From Octopus bimaculoides (taxonomy: Eukaryota): a stretch of 44,235 nt of DNA. The notes under the pieces were generated by a model, which was not told where the DNA came from, did no database searches, and saw only the letters and a program-made list of their open reading frames with translations. Below are positions 1 to 13,025 of the stretch, in pieces. The position numbers and the translations under genes were made by a program. Location of the stretch: positions 15,722,896 to 15,767,130 of the forward strand of contig NC_069008.1 in NCBI RefSeq assembly GCF_001194135.2. Reading direction: 5' to 3'. Numbering within the stretch: the first letter of the stretch is position 1; every line of letters starts with the position of its first letter.

Positions 1-85
1 TTTACGTGCCACTGGCATGTGAGTCAGTCAGGGAGCACAGGCCACAGCTACAAATTTTGATAAATTAAAATGTTCAGTTGTTCAG

Positions 86-200
86 GTAAATGTTAATTTC
101 TACAGTTTATCTCCTTAGAAGCGTTCTAAATTTCCCATTGTTGTATCTGTATTTTTAAGTAGCTTCTATACCTTACACAGTTGTCTCTTTATTATTTCAG
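86..200 (+). other. Putative 5'-UTR intron of ZF1
   Basis: CAG|GTAAATGTTAAT donor and TCTTTATTATTTCAG acceptor; similar donor/acceptor text lies upstream of ZF3 and ZF4. Confidence 0.45.
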
Positions 201-531
201 AATACCAACTGACATGGGAATAACAGAAGATACATTCTCAATATTTATCATCCTTTGAAGTCCCAGAAAATATGTTATGCAGAACAGATGTATAAAACTG
301 GTTCTATAAATCTGTGGTAGAATTCCTATGAAATATTTGCTCTGATCTGAGATTATTTGCAGTATTTCTGTACTGACTGGAGTATCTACAAAATATGAGT
401 TAATTCCGGATGCAAAAATTTTTAATATCATTGATTACACAAAAGTAACACTGAACAGAAATGCAGCAGCAGAGATATTCCTAAGAAACAAACTTTAAGA
501 ACAAAGCGAAGAAGTATATTTAGTGATTTAA

Positions 532-1536
<1,005 letters not shown>

Positions 1537-1627
1537 TTCCATCAATGTAAAAATTTGTTACAAATATTTTCAGCTCCATCTCAATGCAGTGTTGTCTTGT
1601 GTTTCAGTCGGCACAGTAACTAATCAA

Positions 1628-1870
1628 CTCAGCAAGCTGGCAGAATTGTTAGCACGCCGGGCGAAATGCTTAGCGGTATTTCTTCTGCCACTACATTCTG
1701 AGTTCAAATTCCACCGAGGTCAACTTTGCCTTTCATCTTCTCGGGAGTCGATTAAATAAGTACCAGTTATGCACTGGGGTCGAACTAATCAACTTAATCC
1801 CTTTGTCAGTCCTTGTTTGTCCCTACTATGTTTAGCCCCATGTGGGCAATAAAGAAATAAATAAATAACT
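1628..1870 (+). mobile_element. tRNA-derived SINE (family 1)
   Basis: AGCTGGCAGAA...GCACGCCGGGCGAAATGCTTAGC head and B-box-like GAGTTCAAATTCC; the same text recurs near 2849, 15790 and 25024. Confidence 0.8.
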
Positions 1871-2409
1871 AATCTACTCACTGTGGCTCCTTGTTTTAGG
1901 CTGTCATTTACAGCTGGTGGACCTTCCCTGATACCAACCCCTTTAGTTTCTTGTTGCAGCTTTGAGGGATATGGTTTACTGTCAAAATTCCTTTGAGTAA
2001 CAAAAAACAAACACACCCATCAATAACTATAAATGTATTCACACAGGAATGGATATACAACTGTGTCTGATAACATCCTCCCATTATTATATTTCATATC
2101 ACCACAACTCTATCTACATTGATGAGATATTCAGACCAATATTGTTATATTTTGGTGGAGTCATGATTAATAAAGTCTATAAACACACTCACTAGTTGTA
2201 GTTTGTTTTTATTTCGTTTGAATTTTGTGTTCCAGTTTCAAAGCAGTCGTTTATCCTATGTACAGCTCTCTCAATGTTTGCGAGGAAAATATTTTGTTGG
2301 GACAGAAGCAAACATCAATTGCTGAAGAAATTGAAGTGAAACATAGACAGCCAACAACCAATGTATGTGTGTGTATATATATATATATATATATAACTGG
2401 TGTCTATTT

Positions 2410-2848
2410 TATGGATCTTCAAAATAATGAAAATCAAGCATGGCAGGATTTCAATGAAGTGATATGACTAAATACCACAAGGCATTTGTCTAACAGTCTA
2501 CCATTTCTGTCATTAACTGATAGTAATGTTTCTAATTGAGGCACAAGGCCTGCAACTTTGAGGGAGGAAATGGGGTTAGTCATTGACCCCAATAGTTGAC
2601 TGGTATTTTATTTTATTGACCCCAAAGAGAATTGCCAAGGCCAATTTTATCTTTCATATCGTTTGTAGAGGGCAATAAAATAAGATACCAGTTAACTCAA
2701 AGTTGCCGGCATTGTGCCTCAATTAGAAACATTACAATTGGTTAATGACAGAAATGGCAGACTGTTAAATGAATACCTTGTGGTATTTAGTCATATCGCT
2801 TTATGGAAATCCTACCATGCTTGATTTTCATTATTTTGAACGTCCATA
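2410..2848. repeat. Fold-back with 153-bp inverted arms (2410-2562 / 2696-2848)
   Basis: Arms align as reverse complements at roughly 85-90% by eye; 133-bp spacer. Confidence 0.9.
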
Positions 2849-3065
2849 AGGCAGCGAGCTGGCAGAAACGTTAGCACGCCGGGCGAAATGCTTAGCAGTA
2901 TTTTGTCTGTCTTTACATTCTGAGTTCAACTTCCAATGAAGTCAGCTTTACCTTTCTTCCTTTTGGAAAGAGGGGGGGGGGTCGTTGAAATAAGTACCAG
3001 TTACACACTGGAGTCGTTATAACCAATTACCCCAGTTCTCCCAAAATTTTCAAGACTTTGTGCCT
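2849..3065 (+). mobile_element. tRNA-derived SINE (family 1)
   Basis: AGGCAGCGAGCTGGCAGAAACGTTAGCACGCCGGGCG head, GAGTTCAA box, AAATAAGTACCAG body. Confidence 0.8.
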
Positions 3066-3139
3066 AGAATAAAAATAAGTTAATAGTGTTTCAGGTCACA
3101 GTCACTAGGTGGAGGGAGGGGCACCATAGTCTTTTGGAG

Positions 3140-3660
3140 TCAGCCATAGTCCATTTGAGTAAAGAGTTATTGTTTGTATAGACATTTCTAGGTGCAGGTG
3201 AATTATCCAGAATTTGTGTAAGATATTCTTCAAGGAATCATTTGAATATCATGAGATCTTTTTCTTCCCTTATGTGTCTTAGCACGATGTTAAAGAGAGC
3301 CGAGCAGGATGAGTTGAGATAATTCTTAGTGTTGTGATGTGATATAAGCATGATTTCTGTAGAGGACGGATCACATGGGGACTAAGACTTGAGTGAAGTT
3401 TGAAGTTGATGTCAACATCATTTGGTCAATGCTGCTCAAATATTTTCTACATCATACAAGCGATATAGCACTTATGGCAGCTTTGGAGGGAACAAAGTTT
3501 GAACATTTTTGAGCCTATCGCCAGTAATCAAGACCTGTTGTGCCATCTATTTTATGTAATTGACCTTTGGGGTGCTTCAGTTTTTATGATATTCTGTTTC
3601 ATGTAGGGAAACCACAGTGGACAACAGTATTTAAGGTGAAATGGACAAAGGTAGAGAAGA
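3140..3660 (-). mobile_element. Degenerate CR1/L2-type LINE ORF2 3' remnant
   Basis: Minus-strand frames give HLKYCCPLWFPYMKQNIIKTEAPQRSIT, GLDYW, LCSLQ and NNNSLLKW, matching the post-RT motifs LEYCxPxWxP..LExVQR of CR1-group elements; many stops and frameshifts. Confidence 0.7.
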
Positions 3661-3821
3661 GAAGAATAATGTTCTCTGGACCAGAAAGTCCTGAAGATGT
3701 AGGAGCATGCCCTGTGGGTCATGTCGACTTGCTGTTTATGTGGGTACTCCATCTTTTTGTAGACCCCCAATTACTGCTGAATCATTAGTTTTGTTATAGA
3801 CATACTCATTCACAAAAGCTG

Positions 3822-4250
3822 ATGGAGGAGACATTCGTATTTGTGGTAAAAACAAAGGGTTTCTCCCACAGAATGAAAGGCAGACTGTATGTTGCCTGTG
3901 TCCAAACAGCCATGCTCCACGGCAGTGAAACATGGGCTGTAACCACAGAGGACATGCAAAGGCTTGAAAGAAATGAAGCTAGTATGCTTCACTGGATGTG
4001 CAATGTCAGTGGATGCTTACAACAGAGTGTAAGCATCTTGAGAAAAGAGTTGGGCATCAGATATGGCATGGAAAGAGAGATGACTGCACTGGTATGATCA
4101 TGTAATGTGTATGGATGAGGACAGCTGTGTGAAGAAGTGCTGATCTCTAATAGTAGAGGGAACATGTGGATGAGGTAGACCCGGGAAGACATGGATGGGA
4201 CAAGTCGGTGAAGCATGATATTTGAATGTTGGGCATCACAAGCCCATTGA
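3822..4250 (+). mobile_element. RTE-clade LINE 3' remnant
   Basis: KGRLYVACVQTAMLHGSETWAV..LERNEASMLHWMCNV, followed by a GRPGKTW-type motif. Confidence 0.85.
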
Positions 4251-4790
4251 TTAGTAACTGAAACCTTTGGCAATATGCTTTGCTTGGAAAGGCATATCAA
4301 GCCAAGTGAAATGATAGTCATGGCTGTTGCCAGTGTTGTGTAAATGGCACCTATGAAATCATGATTGTGGCCATTTCCAGTCGCATGATCTTCAAATGTT
4401 GGGCCTCACAGAAGTGAGGGACAACATGGTAAACCATGATCTTTGAATGTTAGGCCTCACACAGGTGATGACCAGTGACCATGACCTTTGGCAATATACT
4501 GTGCTGCAGAAGACTCGAGCCAGGTGAAACCTTGGTTGTGGCCATTGCCAGTGTCTTGTAAATGACACCTGTAAAATCGTAGTTGTGGTCACTGCTGGTG
4601 CCATGTAAATAGCACACAGAAAGCACCCAGTTTACTCTTGGAGTGGTTGGCATTAAGAAGGGCATCCAGCCATAGAAACCATGCCAAATCAGACTGGAGT
4701 CTAATGCAGCCCCTTAGCTTATCAGCCCTGGTCAAACCATCCAACCCATACCAGCTTGGACAACAGGCATTAAATGATAATGATGAATAA
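4210..4790 (+). repeat. Degenerate repeats (CATGATCTTTGAATGTTGGGCCTCAC, 3 copies) and RTE-type tail ending in (TGA)n
   Basis: Copies near 4215, 4385 and 4436; the CCAACCCAT.CCAGC..TAAATGATAATGATGA tail recurs near 14340 and 27760. Confidence 0.6.
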
Positions 4791-4831
4791 TTGTACAGTG
4801 GTATTATCAGTGATCTCTGAGAACACATTGC

Positions 4832-5465
4832 GAATCCTGTTCAAAACGGGGGCACCAGTTTTCATTAATGTTTTATGTAGTGTTTTTGGTACCGAAAGAC
4901 TTTCAAACTTCGTATACTTATCTATTTTGTGTTATAGAACAGAAAAAAATTTTTGTATTTGAATTTATTTCATGTAAAAAATTGTCTTATTTCGATAATT
5001 TCAACCAATCACTGACAAGTATTCAGCTGTTTATACTTGCTCCTTTGGAAGTTTAAGCGGTGTAAAGCGTATTTAATCTCCATTTATAATTTCGTTAACA
5101 TCTGCCTGAACTGTATGTGTACAACATTTGCTTTTTTCATTTTCTTTCACGCGTGTTTATTTCGTTAACATCTGCCTGAACTGTATGAAAGGTTTATTAG
5201 CTACTGCCTAACCCTACTGCCAATATGCTTCAGCTATCATTTGTTTACATAGTCAGCACTTAATAATATCCGGCTGAATGGACGTCAGTCATTGGTTGAA
5301 ATTACAGAAATACGACAACTTTAACATGAAATAACTTGCGATGTACGTTTTTTTGTTAAGAAGACTAAGAGAAAAAGATGTTTTATATGACACATTCTAC
5401 CAGTGTCCCAAGTTTCAAAGTGTTTCGTTAAGAAAATACTGGTGCCCCCGTTTTGAACAGGATCC
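4832..5465. mobile_element. Non-autonomous DNA transposon (MITE), 8-bp TSD, Merlin-like termini
   Basis: 26-bp perfect inverted core ATCCTGTTCAAAACGGGGGCACCAGT; termini GAATCC...GGATCC; TSD CACATTGC at 4824-4831 and 5466-5473. Confidence 0.9.
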
Positions 5466-5867
5466 CACATTGCTAAGCCATTTACCTATAATATCAAAAT
5501 GACTGCTCGTTTCTTATTTCCAGCAATATGTTTGAAAAGGCCCAAATATTGAGAAACAAAAAATACTTTGGGGACCATAAACAAACATCAATTGCTATCA
5601 GAAAAGAAAAAAAAAGTGTAATATAGACAAACAACTGGTGTGTGTGTGTTTGTATTTAAGCTTTATTAATTATAACTCACCACAAATATAGTAATACTGT
5701 TTTCAACAAACACTTTACCAAAATTCTTGCACCACAAATTCAAAATCTGGGAAAAATTACTTTTATTAAAAATAAAACAAGGATAAAGTCTCACTATATT
5801 TGTAGCAACATAAAATTTAGTGTTGGGCGGTTGTTGTCAAACGCTGTTGTATTTGCTTTTCTTATGT

Positions 5868-6205
5868 GAGTGGCTCAGTGGTTAGAGCATTGGGCTCACT
5901 ATCATGAAATAGTGAGTTCAATTCCCAGATTAGGTTGTGTGTTGTGTTCTTGAGCAAGGCACTTTATTTCACATTCCTCCAGTTCACTCAGCTGTAGAAA
6001 TGAGTTGTGACGTCACGGGTACCAAGCTGTATCAGCCTTTGCCTTTCCCTTAAATAACATCAGTGGTGTGGAGAGGGGAGGCTGGTGTGCACAACTGACT
6101 GCTGGTCTTCCACAAACAACCTCGCATGAACTTGTGCCCCGAAGGGGAATTTCCTAGGTACAATTCCATGGTCATTCAGGCCTGAAAGGGGTCTTTACCC
6201 TTTAC
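5868..6205 (+). mobile_element. tRNA-derived SINE (family 2)
   Basis: A-box TGGCTCAGTGG and B-box GAGTTCAATTCC, followed by a non-tRNA body. Confidence 0.75.
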
Positions 6206-6430
6206 ATGGGTGGTATTGTTTTACATAGAAGGAATTTTGACAGTAAATCTGCAATGCTGTAAAAGGGGGATAAAGCAGTTGGTGTCTGGAAAGGTCTACC
6301 ATCTGTAAATGACTGCCTAAAATGAGAGACACAATGAGAGGATAAGTTATTAATGTTGCTAAAACACACAGCGCAACCCCCAGTTTAGATGGAGCTTAAA
6401 ATGTTTGCTATGAATTTAACATGGATGCAG

Positions 6431-7510
6431 TCATACCACTTTATGAATGCGTACATGCGTATTTAAGTTGCTGCTCCGAGAGAATGATTTACCACAGATA
6501 TCACACAAGTATGGCTTCTCTCCTGTATGAATACGTTTGTGTTTAGTTAAGGCACTATTTACAGAGAATGATTTATCGCAGATATTACAGTGAAATGGCT
6601 TCTCTCCTGTATGAATGCGCTTGTGTTCAAGTAAGTGACAACTTACAGAGAAAGATTTACCACAGACGTCACAGTGATATGGCTTCTCTCCTGTATGAAT
6701 ACGTTTATGTCTAACTATGCCACTACTTCCAGAGAATGATTTACCACAGATATCACACTGATATGGCTCTTCTCCAGTGTGACAACGTTTGTGTTTAGTT
6801 AAGACAGAACTTTGACAGAATGATTTACCACAGACATCACAGTGAAATGGCTTCTCTCCTGTATGAATACGTTTGTGTTCAGTAAAGAGACTATTTACAG
6901 AGAATGATTTATCACAGATATCACAGTGAAATGGTTTCTTCCCTGTATGAAGATATTTGTGTTTAGTTAAGGCAAAACTTTGAGAGAATGATTTACTACA
7001 GATATCACAGTGATACAGCTTCTCTCCTGTATGAATACGTTTGTGTATAGTTAAGATGGAACTTTGAGAGAATGGTTTACCACATATGTCACAGACATAT
7101 GGCTTCTCTCCTGTATGAATTCGAATGTGTATTATCAAGTGACTACTTTGAGAAAATGATTTACCGCAGATATCACACTGACATGGTTTCTCCCCTGTAT
7201 GAGTACGTTTGTGAGAGGCTAAGCCACTGCTTACAGAGAAAGTTTTACCACAGGTATTGCAATGATAAGGTTTTTCCCCTGTATGACTACGTTTATGTTT
7301 AGTTAAGTCGTCAATCCGTGAGAATGATTTACCACAAATATCACAATGATATGGCTTCTCTCCTGTATGAATACGTTTGTGTTTAGTCAAGTTACCTTTT
7401 AGAGAGAATGACTTTTTACAGATATCACAGTCATAGGACAATTTTCTTCTTTCTTTTATCACATCTTCAGGAAAAATCAATTCCTGAAATTTTTCACTTT
7501 TTTCCATCAT
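6431..7510 (-). CDS. C2H2 zinc-finger protein ZF2 (12 fingers, 359 aa), inverted paralog of ZF1
   Basis: Intact ORF; leader [31 protein letters not shown] resembles ZF1; last three fingers nearly identical to ZF1. Confidence 0.95.
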   Translation of the reverse strand: MMEKSEKFQELIFPEDVIKERRKLSYDCDICKKSFSLKGNLTKHKRIHTGEKPYHCDICGKSFSRIDDLTKHKRSHTGEKPYHCNTCGKTFSVSSGLASHKRTHTGEKPCQCDICGKSFSQSSHLIIHIRIHTGEKPYVCDICGKPFSQSSILTIHKRIHTGEKLYHCDICSKSFSQSFALTKHKYLHTGKKPFHCDICDKSFSVNSLFTEHKRIHTGEKPFHCDVCGKSFCQSSVLTKHKRCHTGEEPYQCDICGKSFSGSSGIVRHKRIHTGEKPYHCDVCGKSFSVSCHLLEHKRIHTGEKPFHCNICDKSFSVNSALTKHKRIHTGEKPYLCDICGKSFSRSSNLNTHVRIHKVV

Positions 7511-7517
7511 ATATATA

Positions 7518-8258
7518 NNNNNNNNNNNNNNNNNNNNNNNNNNNNNNNNNNNNNNNNNNNNNNNNNNNNNNNNNNNNNNNNNNNNNNNNNNNNNNNNNNN
7601 NNNNNNNNNNNNNNNNNNNNNNNNNNNNNNNNNNNNNNNNNNNNNNNNNNNNNNNNNNNNNNNNNNNNNNNNNNNNNNNNNNNNNNNNNNNNNNNNNNNN
7701 NNNNNNNNNNNNNNNNNNNNNNNNNNNNNNNNNNNNNNNNNNNNNNNNNNNNNNNNNNNNNNNNNNNNNNNNNNNNNNNNNNNNNNNNNNNNNNNNNNNN
7801 NNNNNNNNNNNNNNNNNNNNNNNNNNNNNNNNNNNNNNNNNNNNNNNNNNNNNNNNNNNNNNNNNNNNNNNNNNNNNNNNNNNNNNNNNNNNNNNNNNNN
7901 NNNNNNNNNNNNNNNNNNNNNNNNNNNNNNNNNNNNNNNNNNNNNNNNNNNNNNNNNNNNNNNNNNNNNNNNNNNNNNNNNNNNNNNNNNNNNNNNNNNN
8001 NNNNNNNNNNNNNNNNNNNNNNNNNNNNNNNNNNNNNNNNNNNNNNNNNNNNNNNNNNNNNNNNNNNNNNNNNNNNNNNNNNNNNNNNNNNNNNNNNNNN
8101 NNNNNNNNNNNNNNNNNNNNNNNNNNNNNNNNNNNNNNNNNNNNNNNNNNNNNNNNNNNNNNNNNNNNNNNNNNNNNNNNNNNNNNNNNNNNNNNNNNNN
8201 NNNNNNNNNNNNNNNNNNNNNNNNNNNNNNNNNNNNNNNNNNNNNNNNNNNNNNNNNA
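7518..8258. other. Assembly gap (other gaps: 16213-16583, 28850-29637, 30093-30435, 31841-31940, 42727-42940; 10-N gaps at 14925, 19239, 19785, 20298)
   Basis: N runs. Confidence 1.
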
Positions 8259-8579
8259 AAAATACAGATTCAACAATGGAAAATTTACATTTCTATAGAG
8301 ATAAACTTTAGAAATAAACATTTACCTGAATGACTGAGCTTTTTAATGTATCAATCCTTTAGCATTTAAACCAACCAGATCCAGATCAAAATATTCAACT
8401 TGTCTTATGTTCAAAGCAGCCAAATCTGGCCTTTTACACCTACTCTACAATGTCATTCTAAATATATACAGTCACCTCAATGAAATCTTGAAGTTATGAA
8501 ATCATGTTTGATTAATTCTAAAAATTTGTGAATAAGCATTAAATGTGAGAGAGTAGTCTGGACAGTTGCTGAAGTTGCA

Positions 8580-8867
8580 GGAGGAGGAGAAAGCTAATGG
8601 GTTGTGTGTGCATGGTTGTTCTTGTCTGTCTGTGTGTGCTTGTTCTTGTCTGTGCGCTTATTTTACATACATACACAAATGAAGCAGGTAAGAACAAATA
8701 TGCAAGGCTTTTTTTCTTCCAAGTTTAAAATGAGACATTGCTGGCATAATTTCGTTATATCTATATTCCACAACCCATAAATACATAAAAACACAACAGA
8801 CACAGACAAGAACAAGACCGCACGTGTCACACACAGACACAACCCATTAGCTTTCTTCTCCTCCTCC
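8580..8867. mobile_element. MITE-like element with imperfect TIRs of about 70 bp
   Basis: GGAGGAGGAG(AAG)AAAGCTAATGGGTTGTGT at both ends in inverted orientation; flanks AAGTTGCA / AAGTTCTG may be a decayed 8-bp TSD. Confidence 0.65.
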
Positions 8868-9334
8868 AAGTTCTGCCTAACTGACACGGAAATACCCGAA
8901 GTCAAATGTCAAATTTTGTCCGAGTTATATCGAAGGAATGTACAGGGGTGCTGCTAGCAAGGTAAGTTATGAGTACAGTGGTGAATTTAGTGTACAGGTA
9001 AGTGGTCACAAAGTGTAGCTTATGAGTGCGTCAATAAAATTTAGAAAAATATTTTTCGGAAGTGTTTCCGAGCATTCTCAACCGCTTTCCCAGCTTTGTC
9101 ATCAGTTGCCCTAACTTCAGCACTTTTCACATTTTTATTAAAGATTTCTGTTTGAAACTTCAGTAATGTATTTTTACAAAATGTCATTTTAAAATCTGGT
9201 AATTTTTGAAAAGAGTTACGGGGAATCAAAGTCAGGGGTACGACACCAAACTGTAGTTATGTCCAAAACAGAAAGGATTTCAAAGAAGCGACAAGATACG
9301 TTCCTCTAATTTACAAATCATCATTTTATGTAGG

Positions 9335-9478
9335 TGGCTACTGCCAGAAGCAAAAGCAGCAATCGCATCGCTAAAGACTGCATTGGTAAATGCCATACTT
9401 GCCGTTCCACAACCTGGAATACCGCTTATTATCAAAACAGATGCTTCCGACCTAGCTTTCTTTGAACTTGGTTTATAA
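9335..9478 (+). mobile_element. Ty3/Gypsy pol remnant (RT-RNase H connection)
   Basis: WLLPEAKAAIASLKTALVNAILAVPQPGIPLIIKTDASDLA fits the AFxxLKxAL..P..TDAS motif. Confidence 0.65.
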
Positions 9479-10376
9479 CAGATTTTATTCAAACTTTATT
9501 TTTGCTCGCCGTCTAATCCGTTAATCACTGCCGTCCAACGATTAAGATCTTTGTTTTATATCAAATAAAGACAATATCCATCTATCAACGTCATCTGACA
9601 CTATGCCGCATTTTCATACTCTATATTTTTTATCTATTTACTATTGTAGAAAGGAATTGATGATAGGAAAATTCATAACAACTACCAAAATTCGATTGAG
9701 CTAAATACGGTTTTACAGTACATTTTATAGACATAAAACAGCACACCTTAGAATTTTTGTAGATATTCTGGGATTCCACACGAGTAGTGTAAATAATACT
9801 TTATGAGATAATGAGGAGCTTGTGGTTAGTAAGACTAATTAACCTTACATAATTACCTTTTAATAATATATAATAGACAATAAAATACCTTACTTCAAAA
9901 TTTATGTAGATATTTAGGGAGTCTAGCATGTCGTATCTATGCGATCTCGTCTGTTTTGTACTAGAGGTCGTTGTTTACGTATACATCGATAAATTTAGTC
10001 AATCAATCGATCAATGAAATCAATCATTAATGTCCCAGAGGGTCTTCTTACTTGTATTTCACTCTAAATTCCGTTTCCAATCTTTGTCGTCTCTCTTCTT
10101 TTTGTTGTCCTTCACAATCTGTCTCATTCTATCATCCACCTCTTTCTCACTGGTCCTCTCCACCGTAATTCCTTGATCAATTATTATATAAATAAGACAA
10201 CATTAATCAGATCGGGGATTAGGAATGAAATGGGAAGAAACAACACCGACAAGATACTCAACAGCACTCTCTGGCGATTAGAATTCAGCTTTTCGTATAC
10301 AATTAATGATGTCACTTCCTCTTTATCAATATTGCTTGTCAATAAGTCTAGAAGTAAGCACCTGTTTGTTTTTCAG

Positions 10377-10480
10377 TACCGTATATACTCGACTTTAAAA
10401 CCCACTTGCTCATAAGATGCACCCCCGACTTACACGGTTCAAATCGGACATTTTATCATTGAACCGGCTATAAGTCGCAA
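10377..10480 (+). mobile_element. Possible pogo/Tigger-type terminus
   Basis: TACCGTATATACTCGACTTTAA resembles pogo-type TIR starts; the partner end was not found. Confidence 0.3.
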
Positions 10481-10627
10481 CGACCTCTTTGATGTTGGAT
10501 AGCGAAGTTCGATTAGGAATCGCGCCGATATAGTTGTTGTTCGGTAACCGAGCTTTCAGTAAACTGAAGATGACTTACAACTACTGTTATTCCATTAAGT
10601 CCATGCATTTTAGAAACGGCGATCTTT

Positions 10628-10823
10628 CGTTTTGAGTACGTTTTACGTCAATTCTAATCCACGTGCGTTTGTTTATGTTTCCGTAAAAGGGTGTTAGGGT
10701 TACGGTTAAGGTTAGGGACGGAATTCCCTGACCCTAAAACCCTTTTACGGAAAGCAACGATCTTGTTCAGAAACATAAACAAACGCTCGTGGATTAGAAA
10801 TGACGTAAAATGTACTCAAAACG
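10628..10823. repeat. Nested fold-back (53-bp outer arms, inner arms, TTAGGG-like core)
   Basis: Outer arms have 3 mismatches in 53 bp; the inner TTTCCGTAAAAGGGT / ACCCTTTTACGGAAA pair is perfect. Confidence 0.9.
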
Positions 10824-11096
10824 TAAAATGTAAATGAGCAAATTAATATAACTGAAAATGTTTTTGTGTATGGAATTATGTCGGAGACATTCAATATATG
10901 TCACCGGTTTAATTTAAACGAGGAAAAGTTTTCGACAACACCGTCTACTGATTGTTTTTTCTAATTAGTTGTAATAATCTAATTAAGTCATATGTAGTAA
11001 TTATCTCATATTAAGGTGAACGTTAATGTCCGTGGATAAGGTTGGGCGAAATATTTCATTTGATCATCGTTAATTGGTTATTCCCTATTTTTACAG

Positions 11097-11189
11097 AGGA
11101 AATGGCTTTTAATCAACAACAAATCAATCAATTAACTTTCCTTAACCTTCTTCATTTTTCATTTGGATTTTCTATTAAACATTCTACTG
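11097..11189 (+). other. Putative non-coding 5'-UTR exon of ZF3
   Basis: TTCCCTATTTTTACAG acceptor and CTG|GTGAGT donor; exon start AATGGCTTTTAATCAACAACAAATCAATCAAT is homologous to the region near 19168 upstream of ZF4. Confidence 0.5.
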
Positions 11190-11306
11190 GTGAGTAGAAA
11201 ATATATCTACATTATGTCTGTTGCACACATCTAAACGTAGATCTGTGATATCTAAGACAAGAAACTGAACCATAACAAATTGTCAGTTTTTAAGAATTGC
11301 TTAAGA

Positions 11307-13025
11307 ATGAATGTGGAGACCGTTGATCACTTGAACACTTACAACACAACTGTTTTTCGCAATATAGATACAGTTAAAGAGACAGACAGAGATGAAAAAG
11401 CTGAAGACAAAAGTGTTGCTGAATATCGCTGTGAGATTTGTAGGAAGACATTCCCTTCAGAAGATGAAGTCTTCACACACAAAGAAATACACAGAAAAGA
11501 AAAACGCTATCGCTGTGATATATGCGGGAAATATTTTGCTTTTGCCAGTAAACTAGTAATACATAATAGAATGCACACTGGAGAAAAACTAGAAAAAGTG
11601 TTTCGCTGTGAAATTTGTGGAAAATCTTTTGTCAATAATAGTAACTTAAAAAGGCACAAAGTAATACATACTGGAGAATCTTTGTTTGACTGTGAAATAT
11701 GTGGGGAATCATTTTCTAATAATTCTAATTTCGTTATCCACACGCGCAGTCACACTGGAGAAAAACCCTTCCACTGTGAAATATGCGGGAAATATTTTGT
11801 ATATAACAGTGTCTTTACCAAGCACAAAGTAATGCACATGGAAGAAAAAAATTTTAAATGCAAAATATGTGGGAAATCTTTCGCTCACGATTCTCAATTT
11901 AAGATTCACAAACGTAGCCATAGTGGTGAAAAACCTTTCCATTGTGAAATATGTAAGCAGTCTTTTATGACTAACAGTAATTTAACAAGACACAAAATAA
12001 CACACACTGGAGAAAAGCCATTTCATTGTGGAATATGTGGGAAATCTTTTATGACTAACAATTATTTAACAAAACATAAAATAATACATACTGGAGAAAA
12101 ACCTTATCACTGTGAAATATGTGGGAAAGCTTTCACGCAGAATTCCAATCTTATTGTTCACAAACGTTGTCACTCTGGAGAAAAACGTTATCGTTGTGAA
12201 ATATGTGGTAAATCGTTTATCCATAATAGTAATTTAACAACACACAAAAGAATACATACAGGAGAAAGTCCATTTTGTTGTGAAATATGCGGGAAGTCCT
12301 TCTATAATAAGTCTAATCTTATTGCCCATGTACGTAATCACACCGGAGAAAAACCTTTCCATTGTGAAATTTGTGGGAAATCGTTCAATAATAAATCTCA
12401 TCTCGTTACCCACAAAGGTAGCCACACAGGAGAAAAACTGTGTCATTGTGAGATATGTGGTAAATCTTTTGTATCTAACAGCTACTTAGCAACACATGAA
12501 AGAGTACACACTGGAGAAAAACCATTCCACTGTGAAATATGTGGGAAATCGTTTATCACTAATGGTCTGTTGAAAACTCATAAAGTACAACACACTGGAG
12601 AAAAACCGTTCAGCTGTGAAATATGTGGGAAATGTTTTAGCAATAATAGTTACTTAATAAAACACAGGAGAATCCACACTGGAGAAAAACCTTATCACTG
12701 TGAGATATGTGGGAAATCTTTCACTCAGGATTCCAATCTCGTAGTTCACAAGCGTAGTCACACGGGAGAGAGACCCTATTGTTGCGGAATATGTGGAAAA
12801 TCTTTTGCATCTAATAGTGATTTAAGCAGACACAGATTAATACATTCCGGAGAGAAACTGTTTCGTTGTGAGGTGTGTGAGAAATCTTTCACTAATAATT
12901 CAAGCCTTCTTCTTCACATACGCAGTCACACGGGAGAAAAACCATTTCACTGTGATATATGTGGGAAATCTTTCACTCAGAATTCCAACCTTGTCGTACA
13001 CAAAAAGAAACACTTGATCACATGA
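11307..13025 (+). CDS. C2H2 zinc-finger protein ZF3 (19 fingers, about 572 aa)
   Basis: First in-frame ATG is 11307 (the ORF-track start at 11280 is TTG); acidic leader homologous to ZF4; 19 fingers. Confidence 0.95.
   Translation: MNVETVDHLNTYNTTVFRNIDTVKETDRDEKAEDKSVAEYRCEICRKTFPSEDEVFTHKEIHRKEKRYRCDICGKYFAFASKLVIHNRMHTGEKLEKVFRCEICGKSFVNNSNLKRHKVIHTGESLFDCEICGESFSNNSNFVIHTRSHTGEKPFHCEICGKYFVYNSVFTKHKVMHMEEKNFKCKICGKSFAHDSQFKIHKRSHSGEKPFHCEICKQSFMTNSNLTRHKITHTGEKPFHCGICGKSFMTNNYLTKHKIIHTGEKPYHCEICGKAFTQNSNLIVHKRCHSGEKRYRCEICGKSFIHNSNLTTHKRIHTGESPFCCEICGKSFYNKSNLIAHVRNHTGEKPFHCEICGKSFNNKSHLVTHKGSHTGEKLCHCEICGKSFVSNSYLATHERVHTGEKPFHCEICGKSFITNGLLKTHKVQHTGEKPFSCEICGKCFSNNSYLIKHRRIHTGEKPYHCEICGKSFTQDSNLVVHKRSHTGERPYCCGICGKSFASNSDLSRHRLIHSGEKLFRCEVCEKSFTNNSSLLLHIRSHTGEKPFHCDICGKSFTQNSNLVVHKKKHLIT

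Noticed and set aside
192-431. Short intergenic ORFs of 60-110 aa throughout the window
   Set aside because: No recognisable motifs; many use non-ATG starts or lie within repeats.
5868-5940. tRNA genes at SINE heads (also about 13890-13964 and 26100-26173)
   Set aside because: A and B boxes are present but there is no acceptor stem or T-run terminator, and they continue into repeated SINE bodies.
7408-8321. Long ORFs containing X runs (also 16159-16653, 28753-29781, 29998-30536, 42710-42946)
   Set aside because: They span N gaps and are artefacts.
9280-9492. Minus-strand IISGIPGCGTAS resembling a Walker A motif
   Set aside because: Lacks the Lys; the plus strand gives a better Gypsy RT-RNase H match.
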